From Octopus vulgaris (lineage: Eukaryota), in contig OX597815.1 of assembly GCA_951406725.2 (NCBI GenBank), positions 59,954,001-60,018,000 on the forward strand: 64,000 nt of DNA, read 5' to 3'. Position 1 is the stretch's first letter. Each line of letters begins with the position of its first letter. Below the pieces are notes generated by a model. The model did no database searches. It worked only from the letters and a program-made list of their open reading frames with translations, and had not been told where the DNA came from. The translations under genes were made by a program, and so were the position numbers. Shown one piece after another: positions 1 to 11,680 of this stretch.

Positions 1-147
1 TTCTACTAAGTTCAGTATGTGGCAAAGTAATTTATTTTACTAAGCCCTAATTATATAATGTCATATTTTGAATTCGCCTTAAATGGTCCTTTTACATACT
101 GAACACTTGGTGAAATTGATTAATTAATTAATTTTACCCTCAATTGT

Positions 148-149
<2 letters not shown>

Positions 150-204
<55 letters not shown>

Positions 205-264
205 CGTATATATATATTTATACATATATATGTGTATATGTGTCTGTATATATGTATGTATATC

Positions 265-304
<40 letters not shown>

Positions 305-451
305 CGTATGTATGTTTGTCTGTATGCATATATACATATATACATACATACATATATAAATACACACATATATATATATATATATATATATGTATATGTG
401 TGTAAGTATATATATATATATATATATATACAAATATGTATATATGTATAA

Positions 452-498
<47 letters not shown>
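150..498. repeat. (TA)n / (TACA)n microsatellite tract
   Basis: Visible dinucleotide repeat; source of the YIYIYI pseudo-ORFs. Confidence 0.95.
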
Positions 499-499
<1 letters not shown>

Positions 500-664
500 T
501 AGCATTATGACCCGTCGTTGCCGGGTCATAGTGCTAGTGCATGTATTATGTGTATATATATGTGTACATATTACATGTACATCTATATATATACATCTAC
601 ACATAAAATACAAAATACAAAGTTATATCTTGATATCGCTAGTGATAACTATACTCAAAATATG

Positions 665-1500
665 TAACAGACTGGAATTGTAGGCCCGTCTCTTGCAATT
701 TCGATCAATTGTATCTTGTCCTCCCTCTTGTATAGAAGTGTGGCTACAATCCAGCCTACCTCTACTTCTGGGGGGATATTTTAAATTTTTATCCGGGACG
801 TCCCAGATATAAAGGTAAAAATAAAATATTTCCACTTTGCAAGGTTCGAGTCGAGTACTCCCTTGGCTCGAACCTTGCTTCTATTGTGGCCTCTGGTTAG
901 ATATCTTTCATAGTCGCACCAAGACACTTTTCGATGGTGCTTTCCTCCAGGTGTTCAAATCTTATTTTCTCTCTACATTGTATACTTAATAGACAATAGT
1001 CTTTTCTTTAATTTAATTTTTTATTTCGTTTGGTAGTGTTATCCTAGATTCACCGTCTTTGTCGGTGATCAATCCGAAATAAGTTTGTATTTCTTCCATT
1101 TTAATTTTAATGAGTTCGCGCGCCGACGGCTGCAGCGAAATTAATTTTTGGACTTTCTTCTATCGAAGGCATTCTAACAAAAATGCTTCCGTATAAACGG
1201 TGAAAATATTGTCAATTTCCCCAAACAGGGACACAATTCAATTTTTAAACAATAACCAAAGGTCCTTCCCCCAAAGGTGGAGGGTTACAGTTTACAATTA
1301 TTTAACAAATGCAACACAACAACGTTTCCCTTACGAGGAACCAACAAACGTGATAACAATAGTTAAACGGTAATAATAATAACAACAAACTTTACAGTGA
1401 ATCAAAAAGCAGTACGCAGTTGAAGCTATAGTCCTTTATGTATAAGAAATAAACCAACAGCAGTACTCAGTAGAAGCGGCTGTTCGAGAAAACAGACATT
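665..1500 (-). pseudogene. 5' fragment of a Tx1/L1-like LINE (5' UTR plus degenerate ORF1) inside the Helitron
   Basis: Minus-strand peptides HLEESTIEKCL..YLTRG..TIEARFE..ILFLPLYLGR..NIPPEVEVGWIVATLLYKRED align by eye with the ORF1 at 29230-29960 (VEEIEKVLE..TIDVRF..WILLPSYCGKR..QVPPELEEACLMTAIMYNMED). Confidence 0.6.
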
Positions 1501-1877
1501 ACATACAGCCAAACTTCATATAGATATTTAATGCTAGCCAATTAGCAGATAATCTAATATAAAAGCCGTGGTAAACGGTATGTGTACAGCTCCATCTGGA
1601 CTATTCCATTTCTGCAAACTAATTTTATTTTAAATTTATTCCCATTCATGTGAAACCACTTATTCAAGTTCAAGTCATTGACGCAATTTTATACCAATTG
1701 CTATTTTTACTTTTGTTATGTTACGATTATATTATATACTTTAGTTTGATTTTAATTATTACTTACTACATATAATTCAATTGTTATTATTATCTCTAAT
1801 TTTTATTGTTAAAGTGAAAGTATATGACATAAAATAGAGAAATGTTTTTGTTTCACTTTTAACACGTAATACGGAAA

Positions 1878-2166
1878 TAGTGGAAAAGATATGATATTGC
1901 TATGGGTTCGCCCAAGGCAAGAAGTTGAAAATTTTTTTGCCCATGAAACTACATGGACCCTAAGTAAGGCATGTGTAAAATTTGAATGAAATTGGTTGTG
2001 TAGTTCTCAAATTTTAGGGAATCGTAGTGGAGAAGATATGATATTGCTGTGGGCTCGCCCTAGGCAAAAAGTTCAAATTTTTTGCCGATGACACTCCCCG
2101 GATCCTAAGTAAGGCATGTGTAAAATTTGAATGAAATTGGATGTGTAGTTCTCAAGCTTTAGAGAA
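1878..2166. repeat. Tandem duplication of a ~148-bp unit within the Helitron
   Basis: gtggaaaagatatgatattgc...taagtaaggcatgtgtaaaatttgaatgaaattgg...gtagttctcaa occurs twice in a row. Confidence 0.9.
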
Positions 2167-2239
2167 ACACACAGACAGACATACAGACAGACACACATTC
2201 TCAGTTTTATATATAGAGAGATATACATCTGTATATGTA

Positions 2240-2248
2240 CCTACCTAC

Positions 2249-2338
<90 letters not shown>

Positions 2339-2340
2339 GT
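2240..2340. repeat. (TATC)n microsatellite
   Basis: Visible tetranucleotide array. Confidence 0.95.
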
Positions 2341-2903
2341 CTAAGCACATACGCAAAACACATACCCACACATATACACACACACATATAGTATGTATGT
2401 GTGTGTGTGTGTGTGCTTATGTTTATATCTGTGTCTGGGAATGAATAAGTAAATGTTTGTATGTTAGGATATGCGGGGCTGTTTGTCATCCCACACTGCT
2501 TATACCTACGACAACACATTCATTTTTGAGATATTCATAAATGTATTTATAAATATGTTTATGTGTATATATGTGTATATATAATATGTTCACGCACATA
2601 CATACACACATATATGCATATTGATATATACAAAATATGTGTTATATATATTTATTTATATAGACAAATGCACCCTTTTGACATATTTTATTGATATAAG
2701 TTTTTGTAGGCAAGCGATAAATGAATAAAGAAATAGATAAAGCAATAAAAATTTCCATCATTTTAATTTAACACCTTTTTTGCTCATATTTGGTGATAGG
2801 TTTTACTGATAATTTATAATTTTCTCTCTTTTTATATCTTTTTCGCTGTTTACTTTGTTTTGTTCTGTATATACATACATACATACATACATACATACAT
2901 ACA

Positions 2904-2949
<46 letters not shown>

Positions 2950-2969
2950 AATTTATAATTAATTATTAA

Positions 2970-3426
2970 TTATAAGTGAGGGTACACAAAGTACCAGCGT
3001 TGCTAGAAATAAGAGTCGAAAAATTCTCAAATAAGCCACAATTTCACTGAAAATACAACACGCTGACGAAAATCGAGGGACGAGCAAAATTAAACTTGCG
3101 GCTGAAAGTCGCAAATGTGGATCACAGATATCCCCATATCACGCGATTTCGAACTTTGAGATATTAGCCTAACAGCGAGACCTACTTTTGAGAACTAAGG
3201 GAAATATCTCAAAGTTCGAAACCACGTTGTATAGGAATAGCTGCATTTACCACGTTGTATAGGAATAGCTGCGATCTGCATTTGCGACTTTCAGCCGCAT
3301 GTTAAATTTTGCTCGTCCCTCGATTTTCGTCAGCCTATTGTATTTTCAGTGAAATGGTGGCTTATTCGAGTACTTTTCGACTCTTATTTCTAGCAACGCT
3401 GGTACTTTGTGTACCCTCAATTATAA
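2970..3426. mobile_element. Fold-back element (inverted arms ~200 bp), probably a PLE-derived inverted pseudo-LTR
   Basis: Arm 2970-3165 is an imperfect reverse complement of 3203-3426; a hammerhead-like fold lies at 3181-3235. Confidence 0.7.
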
Positions 3427-3684
3427 GTAACCAGCTGGACCCGTGAAAAACTCACGGAAAAAATATTGAAAAGTCTGTAAATTGTGTGCTGGTGCCATGA
3501 GAAATGTTTCTATATATTGACAGTTACAGAATATAGAAAGAAGTGTAGAACCGATAACTATATAATCCAACCAAAATATCTCAGTTACGCAAACGTAAAC
3601 ATTTACTATTTAGCTTCAAAATACATCGTATTTATTCAAAGAACCTTCTTGGTTTAATGGTACGGACAGTTCTTCTGATACTCA

Positions 3685-3895
3685 TTTATTCTTTTACTTG
3701 TTTCAATCATTTGACGGTGGCCATCCTGCAGCACCATCCTTTAGTCGAAGAAATCAACCGCTGGACTTATTCCCCGTAAGCCTGGTGCTTATTCTATGAG
3801 TTACTTCAGCCGAACAGCTAACATACGTGGACGCAAACACACCAACATCAGTTTTCAAACAACGTTGGGGGACAAACATGCACAAACACAAACAC
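3685..3895 (-). mobile_element. SINE 3' half
   Basis: Reverse complement of the tail ...atggccgcagtcaaatgactgaaacaagtaaaaga, shared with copies at 25730, 35515, 40780 and 55140. Confidence 0.75.
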
Positions 3896-3973
3896 ATAAA
3901 AGTATAATATATATATACATATATATGTACATACATATACATATGTATATATATACATACATATATATGTATA

Positions 3974-5591
3974 CAGTTGCGGCCAAAATGTTCCGAACGG
4001 CATTGTTTTCGTCAGTAAGTAGATATAAGTTTTTATCAAAGTTGTTTTATATTCTATAATTTTCACAGACAATAAATACAATATTTTTTGTTATTGTCTG
4101 AGATTTTGGTGTAATTTGAGAGGATAATAAAACAGTTATGGATGATTTAGTGAATTACTGCAAAACCCATGGCGGCCAAAACGGTTGCTTTTACTCCATG
4201 CTTTAGTATATTTAACCGTCGAACTCTAATGTTTTGAATTTGTTTACGTGACACTTCGTTTACTAAACAGTAGTAAGAATATCTGCAGTGTACTTTGTTA
4301 ATATAATGCCACTTACTCCGTTACCAATTCGTCAGCAGATTATTAAGCTTCGAAAGAAGGATAATTTAAGTATTAGGTCTATTGCAAAGATTGTTAACAA
4401 GTCAAAAAGTGTTGTTCACGGTATTATTAAGGTCTACGATGATTGTGGTTCGTGTGAAGCAAGACAGTCTACAGGTAGGCCAAGAAAAACGACCAAGACA
4501 GAAGATCGTGCTATGGTAAAGTTGGTTAAAAAGGACAGATTTAAAACTGCTGCTGCTGTTTTTCGGGAAATGAGCATTGTACTGAAGAAAACTTTATCTC
4601 GAAAAACTGTGTCTCGTCCTTTAGTTGAACATGACCTACAAGCAAGAGCACCTGCAGTGAAGCCACTGATCAGCTCCAAGAATAAAAAGTATCGTCTTAC
4701 CTTTGCAACCGAACAGGTGTTGTGGTCTCAAGAAAAATGGCAAACGGTGCATTTCAGTGATGAATCTAAGTCTATGTTATTTGGCTCAGATGGGAAAAAG
4801 GTACGTTCGTAGAAAAGTAGGTGAAAAATTGTCACCTAAATGCCTTAAGACTAGTGTTAAATTCGGTGGAGGAAGTGTCATGGTTTGGGGGATGATATCT
4901 GGAGATGTTGTGGGCCCTTTGGTGCGATTACATGGAAAGGTAAATGCAGGAGTTTATAAACAACTTGTAAAAGATCATGTCTTGCCTGTGCTGAGAAATT
5001 CAACTAAGCGACCACACATATTCATGCAGGACAATGCCCCATGTCACAAGGCTAAGGGGCTCATGAAATTCCTCAAGGCTGAAAAGGTTATTGTTATGGA
5101 TTGGCCTGCTCAAAGCCCAGACCTCAATCCTATTGAAAATGTGTGGAATATTCTAGGAGAACGTTTGAAAGCCAGAAATCCTAAAACAACCGAGCAATTA
5201 TGGAATGCCCTTCAGGAAGAATGGAATAAGATCACCTAGCAAGAAATTGAAAATTTAATTTCCCCATGCAGTCAAAAATGTCAAACTTTGATTGAAGCTA
5301 AAGGGCTTCACACTAAATATGAAATAATTCCAGCATTCTCTGTCACTTTTTGATTATTTTGTTATTTTTTCAACCGTTCTGATCATTTTGGCCACCATGG
5401 GTTTTGCAGTAAATCACTATATCATCCATAACTTTTGTATTATCCACTTAAATTACACCAAAATCTCAGACAATACCAATTACTATTGTATTTATTGTCT
5501 GTGAAAATTATAGAATATAAAACAATTTTAATAAAAACTTATACTTACTTTTCTGACGAAAACAATGCCGTTCTGAACATTTTGGCCGCAA

Positions 5592-5594
<3 letters not shown>
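3974..5594 (+). mobile_element. Tc1-family DNA transposon (DD34E) with ~210-bp IR/DR-type TIRs and TA target duplication
   Basis: TA|CAGTTGCGGCCAAAATGTT...AACATTTTTGGCCGCAACTG|TA; the GGCCAAAA motif is repeated at both ends of each TIR; transposase inside. Confidence 0.95.
4306..5322 (+). pseudogene. Tc1 transposase with a frameshift near 4800 and a premature stop at 5237
   Basis: HTH with GRPRKTT, FSDESK, MQDNAPCHK, WPAQSPDLNPIENVW; 34 residues between the second D and E. Confidence 0.93.
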
Positions 5595-5650
<56 letters not shown>

Positions 5651-5848
5651 TGAATGAATTATCCTATGTTTATCGTCACCATGGAAAATTCGATGAACCG
5701 ATACCAGGGTAGCAAATTCACGTCAGAAACACGGTTGAAGCGACCTGTCCAAGGGTAGAAACTCCGGGTTCATGTGCAGAAATTTGTGTGTTATAAATGA
5801 ATAAATAAAAGAATGGAGTCGAACGAAGATGTTAACAAAATTCCTTTA

Positions 5849-5930
5849 CTCTCGACATATGTTTCGAAGACAACATGGTTTCATTCCAAAGGAATAAAGG
5901 GTGAAAGATTCAATCTTCTCATCAGGAAAG
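5849..5930 (-). ncRNA. Type-I hammerhead ribozyme (canonical C3:G8 core), sense to the PLE
   Basis: CTTTC CTGATGA GAAGA-[long loop]-TCTTC GAAA CATATG TC GAGAG; palindromic stem III ACATATGT and GUC cleavage triplet. Confidence 0.8.
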
Positions 5931-6205
5931 AAAAGGAGCCTCTCTCAACACAAGACAAACAAAAATTTCGATGACTGTCTACATGGTAAACAAAACGATA
6001 ATATGTGTTTTAAAAAAACCGTTAGAAGAATTGACGTCAAAGTTAGATAGTAGGAAGAGAAGGGTTAAAGGAATAATAGGTAGGGAACAAGTGGAGAGGG
6101 AAGGGTACGTTGATTAAAAGAATGTTCAAATGCTTAGGAAAGAATTTCGCTATCGAAGTGGAGTGTACGTTAAGCTAATTGTTCAAACCACAATGACTAT
6201 CGTAA

Positions 6206-7765
6206 TCATTTATATGAGTAAAAAGTATGTTTCTGCCAGTGTTTACATTTGTACGATTTCTCTATGAGTGTGTTTACAAGGGGGTCCTTAGAGAAGAGAA
6301 TATGGAAGAGTTCAGAGTTGCAAATGTTACAAAATCTCCTGCCCTTATCAAAAGGAAAGGATACAGATAGTATGAACCAATCTAACTTAAAATCTTTATT
6401 ATTGTCTTTAAGACGCCAAACTAATTTACTTAGTCCTGTATTATGTCGTTTTTTACTATCCCTGAATGTTGAATAATGGTTTGAAATCCTCTTGGATAAC
6501 TGGGAAGTAGACGCTCCTATATGGAAGAAGACATCGGTACCGGAAGAGATTCTACACTGGTAAATTGAATTCTTAATCTTAGAATTACTAGACAAAAATT
6601 TAATTCTGTTGGGGTTGTCCTCCGAGATCGAAACGAAGTTTTTATTGCTATGATTGTTATTACTATTATTATTAGCGCCAACAACTACACTATTCCTATT
6701 ATTATTAGTATTATTAATGGTAATACAACCAATAATACCATCAACAACAATACCGTTATTGTTATTACCATTAACATTACCATTGTTATTAACACGACTA
6801 ATACTATTATTATCATCATTGTTAACACTATCACTACTACCATGGCTATTACTGAGTTCATAAGTACCAGTTACGCCTTGTTTGTCTCCTCTGTGTTTAG
6901 CCCCTTGTGGGTAGTAAAGAAATATTACTATTAATACTATTCCTATTATTATGATTGTATGATGGGTTGGAATTAGCAAGATTAATGCTGGAACTCCCGG
7001 GTGAAGAATCTTTATTTAGCAGCTTGGTATTGTGAGAAGATATAATTTGTGAAAGATTTCTAGTGTTAGAGAAAGCGATTCTAACTATGTGGGAATTGAT
7101 AATAGAATAATATCTAGAATTTTTGGGAAAGTTCCTAGCAACGGCTTCACGGAACTGCAAGGGAAGATTCGATTTAATTTGTTTTCCGAAAGGTATTACG
7201 AACCAGATACAGTTTTTAGTGACCTTTGAATTGTACGTAGTGTTATTTGTGAAAGTAAGGGGAAAATTTCTGGGTTGGAAATTTGAGGTTGAACGGCGCT
7301 TACCTCCCCTGGTCCGTAAGGAATTTATATTATATATAGGGCTGCTTGCACTATTAGAATTAAAATCACTATTCCTATTACAAGTAACTATTCTATCTGG
7401 AGAAGCAGATGTTGGTTTAGAATGAGCTGAATCGATGTATGATACTTTCTCCTTATAGCCGGCTTTTAACAAGGCGGCGTTATAGAAGTCTGCCTTTTGG
7501 TTAAAGATGTCAACATTGGCAGATAATTTAGACAGTCTCAGAGATATGTTTTTGACTAAATTATCGGTAACTGGCCTAGCATGATTACTGTAAAGGCTAA
7601 TATACTTAAGATTTGTGGAAGGTTTATGATAAGGGAAGTATAAGTTATTCTGTAAATTGAGGGTAATGTCTAAGAAGTTGGCTTTAATTAACTCATCGTC
7701 AAAAACGATGCGCAAGCCCATTCTACTAAAAAACCTAACTAATCTGTTCTTAACCTTCTGTATTT
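6206..7765 (-). pseudogene. Penelope RT thumb, Asn-rich linker and GIY-YIG endonuclease (interrupted)
   Basis: NFLDITLNL..PYHKPSTNLKYISLYSNH; WFVIPFGKQIKSNL; SIYQCRI..FHIGASTSQLSKRISNHYSTF..TGLSKLVWRLKD..CNICNSE..CKH. Confidence 0.88.
6860..6927 (+). mobile_element. Short SINE 3' fragment inserted in the Penelope ORF
   Basis: taagtaccagtt...ccttgtttgtc..tgtttagccccttgtgggta.taaagaaata matches the tail of the SINE at 38268-38490. Confidence 0.7.
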
Positions 7766-7968
7766 TTGATTTGAAATGTTTTAATCAACGTACCCTTCCC
7801 TCTCCACTTGTTCCCTACCTATTATTTCTTTAACCCTTCTCTTCCTACTATCTAACTTAGACGTCAATTCTTCTAACGCTTTTTTTAAAACACTTATTGT
7901 CGTTTTGTTTACTATGTAGGCAGTCATCGAAATTTTTGTTTGTCTTGTTGTTGAGAGAGGCTCCCTTT

Positions 7969-8050
7969 CTTTCCTGATGAGAAGATTGCATCTTGCACCC
8001 TTTATTCCTTTGGAATGAAACCATGTTGTCTTCGAAACATATGTCGAGAG
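7969..8050 (+). ncRNA. Type-I hammerhead ribozyme (inverted pLTR copy)
   Basis: CTTTC CTGATGA(7974-7980) GAAGA...TCTTC GAAA(8034-8037) CATATGTC GAGAG. Confidence 0.8.
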
Positions 8051-8096
8051 TAAGGAAGTTTGTTAACATCTTCGTTCGACTCGATTATTTTAGTTA

Positions 8097-8141
<45 letters not shown>

Positions 8142-8150
<9 letters not shown>

Positions 8151-9441
8151 TAAATGAAATAAAACATATGCATATATATAAACATATATGTACGTACCTA
8201 CCTCTACATGTACATATACACGCATATATGAGTACAGGACACCAAAGGGACGCCGAACACAAAGAGAAACGAAAACATAGACACAAACCAAAGGAACTGG
8301 ACATTTTTTTAAAAACAACAAAAAATGGAGTACAGGACAATTAACTCAAAGAAAAAACCCCTTCTTCAGTCGCTATGGTTTCATCTACTCTACGTTTCGA
8401 AGGATAAAAGCGAAACTTTCCTTCCTGCGAAAAGCAAATCAATTAAAATTCTGAGATCTTTTCGCAGAGGGGTAAAAAAATGGTAAAAAAATGGTAAAAA
8501 AACAGGACATTAACGACAGTACAAAAATATAAACAGTAAAAGACAGGACAGGGAAAAACAAGATAAGAAGGGCTGTTGACGCCGAACGAAAAAAGTATTG
8601 CAAACGCAGAATTTTTTGTGAACGACAGGGGAGCAGGAAGAATGTCGTCCAGTTACCTTGAAAGGCCAGGCCAGAAAGACAGTCAGAGCGGAAGTATCGT
8701 CGCGGGTGGACGACGGAAAGGGGAGAGGAGGAGCAAGAGGAAGGGAGAGAAGAAGGGGAATGGCTGCGAGGAAACCATGAAGAATGGTGAGGGGGAGAGA
8801 GAGAGTGAAGAATGAGAGAGGAGGAAGAGACAAGTTAAGTAGAGGAAAAAGAAAATCAAAGAATAGGGATGGGACAGAAAGGTGAAGAGTGCGCGTCAGA
8901 GTTAATATCAAGACCAAAACTTGATATACAGAAAAATCTTACTTAAGGGGGTGCGTGCGTTTAGTCATATAATATATTAATAAATGAAATAAAACATATG
9001 CATATATATAAACATATATGTACGTACCTACCTCTACATGTACATATACACGCATATATGAGTACAGGACACCAAAGGGACGTCGAACACAAAGAGAAAC
9101 GAAAACATAGAGACAAACCAAAGGAACTGGACATTTTTTTAAAAACAACAAAAAATGGAGTACAGGACAATTAACACAAAGAAAAAATCCCTTCTTCAGT
9201 CGCTATGGTTTCATCTACTCTACGTTTCGAAGGATAAAAGCGAAACTTTCCTTCCTGCGAAAAGCAAATCAATTAAAATTCTGAGATCTTTTCGCAGAGG
9301 GGTAAAAAATGGTAAAAAAACAGGACAGTAACGACAGTACAAAAATATAAACAGTAAAAGGACAGGGAAAAACAAGATAAGAAGGGCTGTTGACGCCGAA
9401 CGAAAAAAGTATTGCAAACGCAGAATTTTTTGTGAACGACA
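8142..9441. mobile_element. Non-coding element with ~470-485-bp direct terminal repeats (8142-8627 and 8972-9441) inserted in (TA)n; PLE pLTR-like
   Basis: Near-identical direct repeats around a purine-rich ~345-bp spacer; minus-strand TCCTTCGAAACGTAGAG and CTGAAGAAGGGG motifs. Confidence 0.65.
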
Positions 9442-9502
9442 TACATAAATATATACATGTATATATATATATACACACACACACATGCATACATATACAT
9501 AC

Positions 9503-9683
<181 letters not shown>

Positions 9684-10209
9684 TTTAAAGTATAGAGTTG
9701 AATTTCGTGTAGTCACCTGTTGGCAACTTTTCACACCTGCCCATTTTGTAGGGCTCTCATCCACCCATCTTTCTGGGCTCTTTTCACAACTATACTCCGT
9801 TCGAAATTTGCATTATTTTTTTTATGAAAAAGAAAAAAGATAAAATAAGGGATTTGGGGCTTGTTTGTAGTTTATAGAGAAAACGTTAAACGTGCCCGAT
9901 AAAAGAGACATGGTCTTTTCCCGCTAACTAAAAGACATGAAAAACTATGAAGGCGAATAAGTACCGGGGTGAAGGAAAGAAGAGAGAACTAACAGTCGAT
10001 CGGTCTAGAACTCCCAGAATAAGAACGTAAACATCTGAAAGACTCTCCTTCTATTCCTTACTAAATGGCCTTCCCTCTTCTTCATTGTTAAAAGTAAAGA
10101 AATTAGAAAAGATCGATCATATTTCAGTCTAATTGTCATTGTAAATGACTGAGGCTTTCCTTTCTCTGTCTCCATCACTTCACTCCTTTCCTCTACAGTT
10201 AAGAGAGTG

Positions 10210-10520
10210 AAGGAGCGTGGCTCAGTGGTTAGGCGTATTCGACACACTATCGTAAAGTCATGAGTACGATTCCCCGTGGCGCGCTGTGTTTTTGAGCAAA
10301 GTACTCTACTTTACCTTGCTGCAGTCCACTCAGCTGGCAAAACTGAGTTGTACCTGTAATTCAAAGGAGCCAGCCTTGTCACATTCTGTATGAGGCTGAA
10401 TCTCCCTGAGAACTAAATTATGGCATGCATGTCTGTGGAGTACTTGTGCGTTAATTTTACGAGCAGATTGTTCGTTGATCAGATAAACAGGAACCTCATC
10501 GTCGTAACCGATGGAGTGTC
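10210..10520 (+). mobile_element. tRNA-derived SINE
   Basis: A-box-like GTGGCTCAGTGGTTAG and B-box-like GTACGATTCCC; body repeated at 10825-10975 and, inverted, at 44175-44380. Confidence 0.8.
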
Positions 10521-10824
10521 ATTTTTTAAGTGAAAGAAAAAGAAAATTTCCATATCGTAAGGCAAAAATATCGTGTTTAGTATAAGCAGTGAAAGCTAAG
10601 ACGAAATAATTGCTATTCCGTCGTGTATTCGCCCCCGGATCACGCTCAGTTTGATAACAACAGCCTGTTGTTATCTGGAGGCTTGACCTCCAGATCTGTG
10701 AGACCCGCAAATGCCGCTGTTAGGACCATATTAACACCCATAGTGACCCTAACGGTTAAAAAGATTTTCCTGCCCCTATATAAGATCTTTTTTTCGTATT
10801 CTTCAAACTACTTGAAGGTTTATC

Positions 10825-10975
10825 TTGCTCCAGTCCACTCAGCTGGCCAAAATGAGTTGTAGCAGTAATTCAAAGGGACCAGCCTTGTCACATACTGTGT
10901 GAGGCTGAATCACTCTGAAAACTATGTCAATGATATGTATGTCTGTGGAGTACTCAGCACTTGCGAGTTAATTTT
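10825..10975 (+). mobile_element. SINE body fragment (family of 10210)
   Basis: cagtccactcagctggc...aattcaaagg.ccagccttgtcaca..ctgtggagtact is shared. Confidence 0.75.
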
Positions 10976-11229
10976 ATCCTCGTGTAGTAATGAAAAGTGA
11001 AAGTGACATTCAATATTTGTTGTGTTTATGTATCTATGTATCAACTTTTCTTTGGATTTATGTATCTACTGTCTCTCTCACTTTCTTTCTTGCTCTTTCA
11101 CTTTCCTTATGTCCCTCCTCTCTCCTGCTTTTAATTTTACAATGTCTGTATGTATCTATGTAACAACTTTTCTTTGGATCTATGTATCTACTTTTCTTGC
11201 GATGTGATAAACATTTCAAAACAGAAAAA

Positions 11230-11490
11230 GAACGCCGTCACTACTCACTGTCTCTTTCACACATGCACACTCTCTCTCTCACTTTCTCTCTTACTTTCGC
11301 TCTGAAACATTTAAAAACATAAAACGAATGCCGTCATCACTCACTGTCTCTTTCACTCTCTCTCTTTCTTTCCCACTCTCTCTCATTTTCTCTCACTCTC
11401 TCTCTTTCTCTCTTACTCTCTCTTTCTCCCTCACTCTCTCTTTCTCTCTCACTCTCTCTTTCTCCCTCACTCTCTCTTTTCCTCTCTGTC
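11230..11490. repeat. CT-rich ~18-bp minisatellite with a short local duplication
   Basis: Repeats of tctctctttctc(t/c)ctcac; aaacattt..aaaac..aaaa.gaa.gccgtca..actcactgtctctttcac occurs twice. Confidence 0.8.
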
Positions 11491-11680
11491 CTCTTCTCTC
11501 TCGCTTTGTCATTCACTTCTTTGAAGTAAGTGTGACACACACTACATGTACGGACAAATAGAACAAGTTGGTATGTTAATTTTATTGATAATTATAAATT
11601 TATAAATTTGCTTTTTTGGATTTAATGCTTGCTGTTATTATTATAGTTATTATTATTATTAATAATAATATCTTTATTTA

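Larger units (their letters stand above)
499..2221 (-). mobile_element. Non-autonomous Helitron (~1.7 kb)
   Basis: Minus strand begins A|TCTCTCTATATATAAAA at 2221 and ends CTAG|T at 499. A 17-bp-stem hairpin ACTAGCATTATGACCCG..CGGGTCATAGTGCTAGT overlaps the 3' end, a (CAGA)n tract lies near the 5' end, and there is no TSD. Same end architecture as the Helitrons at 24791 and 34592. Confidence 0.7.
5812..8086 (-). mobile_element. 5'-truncated Penelope-like retroelement with inverted pseudo-LTRs (5812-6131 and 7769-8086)
   Basis: RT-thumb and GIY-YIG coding remains flanked by ~320-bp inverted repeats, each carrying a hammerhead. Confidence 0.9.

Noticed and set aside
1-145. Stem gttcagtatgt/acatactgaac followed by GAAA and an AT palindrome, like a hammerhead 3' half
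   Set aside because: The CUGANGA part would lie outside the window; cannot be supported.
124-683. Many YIYIYI / CVCV / HTHT ORFs here and throughout the window
   Set aside because: Simple-repeat artefacts.
5650-5790. TCGATGAACCG...CGGTTGAAG hammerhead-like words
   Set aside because: No consistent core or stem I could be built.
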